This document shows positions 53,990-59,093 of a stretch of 59,093 bases of DNA, in pieces (within the stretch, counting starts at the first letter, position 1; each line of letters starts with the position of its first letter). A model generated the notes under the pieces. It saw only the letters and a program-made list of their open reading frames with translations. It did no database searches and was not told the origin of the DNA. Made by a program: the position numbers and the translations under genes. The DNA is from a virus (Duplodnaviria > Caudoviricetes). The stretch lies in IMG/VR virus record IMGVR_UViG_3300017782_004064, positions 1 through 59,093 of that record, one strand, 5' to 3'.

Positions 53990-54391
53990 ATGGATAATTC
54001 AATTAAAGGTACAGCTACTGAGCTGCTGGTGGAAGCATATTATACAGCGAGAGGGTTCTACACATTTAGACCTACTTGCCAGCACTCCTCTATAGATTTA
54101 GTAGTCAATAAGCATAACAGGTACTACGCTGTGCAGACTAAGTTTGCTGGCTGGGTAAACCACAGAGACCATCAGAGGCTGCGAGTGAAGACGAACATTC
54201 CAGCTGAGGAGGACAACCTGGCGTACTATGATCTGTTCTTAGCAGTAGATAAAGATGAGAGGATCTGGGAGATACCAGCTAACTTTCTAACTACTGGCAC
54301 GATCATCCTTGACAGCACTCAATACAATTTCAACAGTCAGTGGGATAAGTTCTTAGTGAAAGCTGGCAAATCAAAGATACTGGAGAATTAG
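53990..54391 (+). CDS. PD-(D/E)XK endonuclease, putative free-standing homing endonuclease
   Basis: KG..TE...P......DLVV.......VQTK. Confidence 0.7.
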   Translation: MDNSIKGTATELLVEAYYTARGFYTFRPTCQHSSIDLVVNKHNRYYAVQTKFAGWVNHRDHQRLRVKTNIPAEEDNLAYYDLFLAVDKDERIWEIPANFLTTGTIILDSTQYNFNSQWDKFLVKAGKSKILEN

Positions 54392-55150
54392 ATGAAAAAA
54401 CACTTACTAATTGATGCGGACATCCCAGCATACCAAGCCTGCTCAGCGCACATGAATGAGGTTGGCTATGAGATTGGTGATGACATGGTGTACAGCTGGA
54501 CAGTTAATCTGACAGACGCTGAGCAGATGGCAGTTAGCCTGATAGAAACGATGGTGAAGACACTGAAAGCAGATAGCTGCATGTTAGCCTTGACTGGAAA
54601 GGAAAACTTTCGTAAGGATCTTCTTCCCAGCTATAAGGACCCTCGCAGCAAAACTAAGAAGCCGTTAGCTCACACAGCGGTGCGTCAGGCTCTAACAGAT
54701 AAGTACGAGACTGTTCTTGTGAGTGGCATTGAGGGCGATGACGTACTAGGTATACTATCTACGAGTCCAGAGTACATGGCAGATCATCAGAAGATTATTG
54801 TAAGCATTGATAAAGACTTCAAGACTATTCCAGGCTGGCTGTACAACCCAACTGAGAGAACGCTTACAGAGGTTACTGAAGAGGACGCTGACCGCTACTT
54901 GTATATTCAAGCCATTGCTGGAGACCGTACTGATAACTACCTAGGCATTACAGGCTACGGAGAGAAGACTGCAGAGAAATACTTGGCAGGAGTTCCTCAT
55001 GAAGATTTATGGAAGAAAACACTTGAACTGTATCTTAATAAAGGATATACTGAAGAGGAAGCGTTAGTTCAGCTACGATGTGCAAGAATCTTACGTTACG
55101 AGGATTGGGATAATGAGACCAGTAAGCCTAGACTCTTTGTTCCTGAGTAA
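54392..55150 (+). CDS. 5'-3' exonuclease (T7 gp6-like)
   Basis: LIDAD, NFRK..LPSYK, EGDDVLGI, SIDKD, GDRTDNY.G..G.G.KTA. Confidence 0.92.
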   Translation: MKKHLLIDADIPAYQACSAHMNEVGYEIGDDMVYSWTVNLTDAEQMAVSLIETMVKTLKADSCMLALTGKENFRKDLLPSYKDPRSKTKKPLAHTAVRQALTDKYETVLVSGIEGDDVLGILSTSPEYMADHQKIIVSIDKDFKTIPGWLYNPTERTLTEVTEEDADRYLYIQAIAGDRTDNYLGITGYGEKTAEKYLAGVPHEDLWKKTLELYLNKGYTEEEALVQLRCARILRYEDWDNETSKPRLFVPE

Positions 55151-55472
55151 GTTCTATTACGTTAGGAGACACTTACATTCGGAATATGTAGGACCTTTCC
55201 TAACTAAGAAGAAAGCTTCTGAGTACATCAGGCAGAACGGGTTGAGACTGCTGCAGCCGCTTGATCATCCACGGGCTAACGAACTTAGGGACGATGTAGC
55301 ATATATATTCACTTACGAAGTCTATCGACAGCACATCCAACGAAGAGCTCAGCAGAGTTTACATACTAACAAGAAATGGAAGACGTACTGTAAGGAATTT
55401 TCAGACCACTCTAAAAAACGAAGAAGAAGGATACACTATAATGGCAGAGGATATTTTAAAGACCGCTTTTGA
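55113..55472 (+). CDS. Basic hypothetical protein (start uncertain)
   Basis: Fills the gap; GAGGA upstream of 55113. Confidence 0.5.
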   Translation: MRPVSLDSLFLSKFYYVRRHLHSEYVGPFLTKKKASEYIRQNGLRLLQPLDHPRANELRDDVAYIFTYEVYRQHIQRRAQQSLHTNKKWKTYCKEFSDHSKKRRRRIHYNGRGYFKDRF

Positions 55473-55872
55473 GTGGGCAAAGGACTTTGAGCTAGAAGGC
55501 ATTGAAGAGAATCTCTACGAAGCTGAGGGCTTGAAAGTCATCGACACTAATAAGGTAATGGATACCACTTTAGATTTGGCCTTTGAGGAGCTCCGTGAGA
55601 CAGAAAGAGCATACGTGTCAGCCGCTAACGAGACAGAAATTGTTGATGGGTACTGTGATCTAGCCTTCGTGGCTCTTAACGGCATCTATAAGACATTCCG
55701 CTACCTAGGACAAACTCACGAGCAGGCTGTGGAGAATGCTGAGGAGAGCCTTCGTAGAGTGTGTGCTGCCAACAGCTCTAAGAAGATCGATGGACAAGTT
55801 ACGAAGAACGCTAATGGTAAAGTAATTAAGCCTGAGGATTTCCAACCACCTACTTTCTGGGACCTAGTGTAG
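55441..55872 (+). CDS. MazG-like NTP pyrophosphohydrolase
   Basis: EELRE, EIVDGYCDL, ANSSK, GKVIKP. Confidence 0.8.
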   Translation: MAEDILKTAFEWAKDFELEGIEENLYEAEGLKVIDTNKVMDTTLDLAFEELRETERAYVSAANETEIVDGYCDLAFVALNGIYKTFRYLGQTHEQAVENAEESLRRVCAANSSKKIDGQVTKNANGKVIKPEDFQPPTFWDLV

Positions 55873-55874
55873 CC

Positions 55875-56009
55875 ATGCGTATAGTTAATCTCGTAATAAT
55901 TTTAGTTATAGCTAGTATAATAGGGTTGGTATTTGCTGGGATGTCTGATATAATACGAGGTAACATGAGTAAACCTAAATTCATAACGATCGAGGTTCCA
56001 CATGGATGA
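55875..56009 (+). CDS. 44-aa membrane peptide (not in ORF track)
   Basis: MRIVNLVIILVIASIIGLVFAG... Confidence 0.5.
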   Translation: MRIVNLVIILVIASIIGLVFAGMSDIIRGNMSKPKFITIEVPHG

Positions 56010-56253
56010 AGAGATATTTCCTAAGATTCTACAGCAACGATTAATCGCACAGCATAAGGATCTGAACCCTTTTCCCAACACCTGTTTAGTTCCTCGCTAT
56101 TTGGAGTCTAGGTTTAAACGGGAGGCACTTCTGTCAGTTACGATAGATCTAGAACCTACCGGAGAAGAGCTGAATATCAAAGCGGCCGGATTCGATATAA
56201 TATTTGCGGATGTCTCGCAAGTGCAGCTAACATACACACATAAGGAAGATTAA
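56002..56253 (+). CDS. Hypothetical protein
   Basis: GAGGT RBS. Confidence 0.55.
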   Translation: MDEEIFPKILQQRLIAQHKDLNPFPNTCLVPRYLESRFKREALLSVTIDLEPTGEELNIKAAGFDIIFADVSQVQLTYTHKED

Positions 56254-56254
56254 A

Positions 56255-56740
56255 ATGAAACCATCATCAGCAAAAGCAAAAGGGCGTAAGCATCAGCAGT
56301 TTGTGCGGGATAGCTTACTAGACACCTTCCCAGAAGTACTGGAAGAGGACGACGTTAAGAGCACCTCAATGGGAGCAGGTGGTGAGGATATTCTCTTAAG
56401 CCCTCTAGCTCGTAAGTATGTGCCGTTCAGCATCGAGTGTAAGCACCGTAACAAGTTTGCAATCTATTCAGTGATGGAGCAAGCTAAAGACAACGCTAAC
56501 GGACATGTACCACTCGGAGTTATCAGGCAGGACAGATCAGAAGCCTTAGCAGTAGTGCCTTTCGAGTTCTTTCTAGACATGTTGAAAGTGTACAGTGAAA
56601 AGAAAAATAAAAAAGTAGTTGACTACGGAGACGATTTGCTTCAGAAAGATACTGTAGAGTTATTTGAGTTAAACAGTTCTTATAGGGTATCGCTTGATGA
56701 TGTGTATGACAGAGAAAATTCTCTTGACGAGTACGACTAA
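56255..56740 (+). CDS. Putative Holliday junction resolvase (PD-(D/E)XK)
   Basis: SAKAKGR, MGAGGEDILL, SIECK. Confidence 0.75.
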   Translation: MKPSSAKAKGRKHQQFVRDSLLDTFPEVLEEDDVKSTSMGAGGEDILLSPLARKYVPFSIECKHRNKFAIYSVMEQAKDNANGHVPLGVIRQDRSEALAVVPFEFFLDMLKVYSEKKNKKVVDYGDDLLQKDTVELFELNSSYRVSLDDVYDRENSLDEYD

Positions 56741-56753
56741 TCCGTGTTATAAT
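56724..56753 (+). promoter_or_regulatory. Sigma70 promoter upstream of nrdA
   Basis: TTGACG-18-TATAAT with TG extension. Confidence 0.65.
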
Positions 56754-56785
56754 ATAGGTTCACATACCTTAATAAAATACCTCCT

Positions 56786-56819
56786 CCCCAGCTGGGCTAG
56801 CGTTTGGCTGGGGTTTTTT
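56786..56819 (+). terminator. Intrinsic terminator in the nrdA leader
   Basis: CCCCAGCTGGG-CTAGCG-TTTGGCTGGGG-TTTTTT. Confidence 0.75.
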
Positions 56820-56851
56820 ATTCCCAAAATTTAGCCATAAAGGAACGCACA

Positions 56852-58675
56852 ATGATTGAAATTGACCTCAGCAGAGACCGCCTAATAGACGACTACGCAA
56901 TGAAAACTTACAAGGAGCGCTATCTAGTGGAGGGTGAGACAAGCCCTCAGGAGGCGTATGCTCGAGCTGCCCAGGCGTTTGCAGAGGACGATGACCATGC
57001 ACAGCGCATGTATGACTATGCTAGTCAGCACTGGCTGATGTTCGCTACTCCAGTCTTAGCTAACGGAGGAACTACCCGAGGCCTACCTATTAGCTGTTAC
57101 CTTAACTTTGTTGATGACTCCCTCACTGGCATTACAGAGCACTGGACAGAGAACACCTTCCTCAGCTCTAAAGGTGGCGGCATAGGAAGCTACTGGGGAG
57201 CTATCCGTACCGAAGGGGAGAAGACTACTAAAGGCTCAGCTTCTAATGGCATGATCCCTTTCATGAAGGTGGATGACACTCTCACCTTAGCTGTCCAGCA
57301 AGGCAAAGTCCGTCGAGGCTCTAGCGCTATCTATTTAGACATCAGCCACCCAGAGATTGAAGAGTTCCTAGAAATCCGTAAGCCCAGCGGCGGTGACTTT
57401 AACCGTAAATGCTTAAATATACACAATGCAGTTAACATTACAGATGACTTTATGCGTCTCATTGAGAAACGCCTAGAAGATAAAGAGGCTGATACCTCGT
57501 GGGACCTTGTAGATCCTAACAGTAAAGAAGTGCGCAAGACGGTCTGTGCGTGGGATCTCTGGATTAAGATCCTCACTCTTCGCATGGAGACAGGGGAGCC
57601 TTACGTGCACTTCATTGACACCTCTAATAGAGAGCTCCCTGTGCACCAGAAGGCTTTGGGTCTAGAAATTAACCAGAGCAATTTATGTTCAGAAATTATT
57701 CTACCAACTAGCCCTATGCGAACTGCTGTATGCTGTCTCTCTTCAGTGAACTTAGAGAAGTTTGACGAGTGGAAAGACACACAGATGGTAGAGGATATGG
57801 TGTTGTTCCTTGACAACGTCTTGCAGTACTTCATAGAGAACGCTGATGAGGGCTACATGGATAAGGCTATCTACTCAGCAAAAAGAGAGCGCTCTATTGG
57901 AATAGGCTCTATGGGCTTCCACGCTTATCTCCAGAAAAACATGATCCCTTGGAATTCTATGGATGCTCACTTGTTTAACGTGAGTGCTTTTAAACTTATC
58001 AGAGAGAAGGCAGAGGTAGCTACAGCTGCGATTGGGCAGATTAAAGGATCAGCTCCAGACTATGATGATGGTATGGCCTTAGCTAATCACGGACTTCCTC
58101 CTAAGATGGCTCGACGTAACTCTCATGTTATGGCTATTGCTCCTAATGCGTCTATCAGCATCCTTTGTGGGAATACATCTCCCAGCATTGAACCTTACAG
58201 CTCAAACTGCATAGCCCAGAAGACGCTGTCAGGAACTAACTTCTTAATGCCAAAATACTTGCGGATACTCTGCGCAGAGCGAGGACTTAACGAGGAGGAG
58301 ATTAAAAGTAAGATTGCTTCGTCAGGAGGCTCTATCCAGGATCTTGATGAGTTCACGGCTGAAGAGAAGGCTGTCTTTAAGACGGCTTTCGAGATTGAGC
58401 AGTCTAGCATCGTACATCACGCAGCAGTTCGTCAACAGTTTATTGATCAAGCACAGTCTGTCAATTTGTTCTACACGCCAGGCACTAACAAGAAGAAATT
58501 CTTGAGTGATCACTTCACTGCTTGGCAGAGAGGCTTAAAGACTCTGTATTACTGCCGTAGCCAGTCCTCTCGCCGCGCTGAAAATATTAACAGCAAAGTT
58601 GAAAGAATACACTTGACAGACAGCTCAGATAGTTCTAGTATAGAGTCTGAAGATTGCACAATGTGTGAAGGCTAA
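56852..58675 (+). CDS. nrdA: Ribonucleotide reductase class I alpha subunit, no ATP cone (start re-called)
   Basis: ATPVLAN, ISCYL, GGGIG, SNLCSEI, VCCLSS, APNAS, LKTLYY, C-terminal CTMCEG; AAGGA RBS. Confidence 0.95.
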   Translation: MIEIDLSRDRLIDDYAMKTYKERYLVEGETSPQEAYARAAQAFAEDDDHAQRMYDYASQHWLMFATPVLANGGTTRGLPISCYLNFVDDSLTGITEHWTENTFLSSKGGGIGSYWGAIRTEGEKTTKGSASNGMIPFMKVDDTLTLAVQQGKVRRGSSAIYLDISHPEIEEFLEIRKPSGGDFNRKCLNIHNAVNITDDFMRLIEKRLEDKEADTSWDLVDPNSKEVRKTVCAWDLWIKILTLRMETGEPYVHFIDTSNRELPVHQKALGLEINQSNLCSEIILPTSPMRTAVCCLSSVNLEKFDEWKDTQMVEDMVLFLDNVLQYFIENADEGYMDKAIYSAKRERSIGIGSMGFHAYLQKNMIPWNSMDAHLFNVSAFKLIREKAEVATAAIGQIKGSAPDYDDGMALANHGLPPKMARRNSHVMAIAPNASISILCGNTSPSIEPYSSNCIAQKTLSGTNFLMPKYLRILCAERGLNEEEIKSKIASSGGSIQDLDEFTAEEKAVFKTAFEIEQSSIVHHAAVRQQFIDQAQSVNLFYTPGTNKKKFLSDHFTAWQRGLKTLYYCRSQSSRRAENINSKVERIHLTDSSDSSSIESEDCTMCEG

Positions 58676-58693
58676 CTAGAAAGGATACTTAAA

Positions 58694-59083
58694 ATGTTTA
58701 ACCGGAAACTAAAGAAACGGATAGCTTCTCTTGAGGCTCTACTTGGAGTTACGTGGTACGGGAGGATGGAGTGGCACGGCTGTTACTCTTCAGATGTTAA
58801 GAAGGGCGGCTATTATGATGCAGTTAGGATACTGGCTGTCAGCAAGGAGCAAGCAGAGGCTCTAATTAAAGACGCCACTCGAAAGGCGCAGAACGACACA
58901 GCTCAAGATATTAACAGCTGGGGAACAAAACTGTTAGCCTATTTAGAGCATGCCGGTATTAACTACTCCTACGGAGACATTGAAGTATACCCAACTGAAT
59001 TCATGAAAATGGACAACCTAAAAGATCTTAATTTATTAGAACCAACTGTAAAGGAACAGAACGATGAAACTGCCATCAATTAA
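58694..59083 (+). CDS. Hypothetical protein carried by the polymorphic 352-bp segment
   Basis: AAAGGA RBS; absent from the allele seen at window positions 105-110. Confidence 0.7.
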   Translation: MFNRKLKKRIASLEALLGVTWYGRMEWHGCYSSDVKKGGYYDAVRILAVSKEQAEALIKDATRKAQNDTAQDINSWGTKLLAYLEHAGINYSYGDIEVYPTEFMKMDNLKDLNLLEPTVKEQNDETAIN

Positions 59084-59093
59084 AGGAAAAAAG

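Noticed and set aside
56804-56851. TTG start of nrdA in the ORF track
   Set aside because: Lies inside the terminator hairpin; the ATG at 56852 has an RBS.
58676-59027. Integron cassette or IS as cause of the indel
   Set aside because: No attC-like inverted repeat, terminal inverted repeats, target duplication, integrase or transposase.
1-59093. Apparent abundance of CTAG/AGCT and possible stop-codon reassignment
   Set aside because: Cannot be quantified by eye; core genes are uninterrupted in the standard code and TAG is used as a stop.

Overview
Essentially complete, circularly permuted genome (about 58.6-58.9 kb) of a probably lytic podovirus-type dsDNA phage. No RNA polymerase or integrase was recognised. 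There are two convergent arms. The + arm starts at about 40.6 kb and wraps through the window end to 7.16 kb. It carries small early genes, a T7-like replication set (SSB, primase-helicase, PolA, 5' exonuclease), nrdA/nrdB, thyX, tRNA-Tyr and a Prs-like + Nampt-like pair (NARP1-type NAD+ reconstitution candidate). The - arm (39.3 kb to 7.2 kb) carries a ~10 kb accessory adhesin/esterase cassette, lysis genes, terminase, portal, scaffold, capsid, tail and internal virion proteins. From memory, its structural proteins resemble those of marine HMO-2011/Zobellviridae-like podophages. The arms meet at a bidirectional terminator (7174-7212) and diverge from a non-coding control region (39.35-40.64 kb) that probably holds the physical termini. 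The two window ends overlap but are different alleles, with and without a 352-bp gene-bearing segment. The most unusual observations are: (i) a boxA-like + long-hairpin element repeated in the leaders of both long operons (candidate antitermination system); (ii) tandem hairpins with an identical CYAC/CC internal loop abutting the scaffold RBS; (iii) a chain of translationally coupled genes that all end in (D/E)R(Q/N)YEN(A/V), next to a dual-esterase lectin protein; (iv) an anticodon-less tRNA-like element; and (v) an overprinted gene inside the portal tail. All family assignments come from motif recognition by eye, not database searches.
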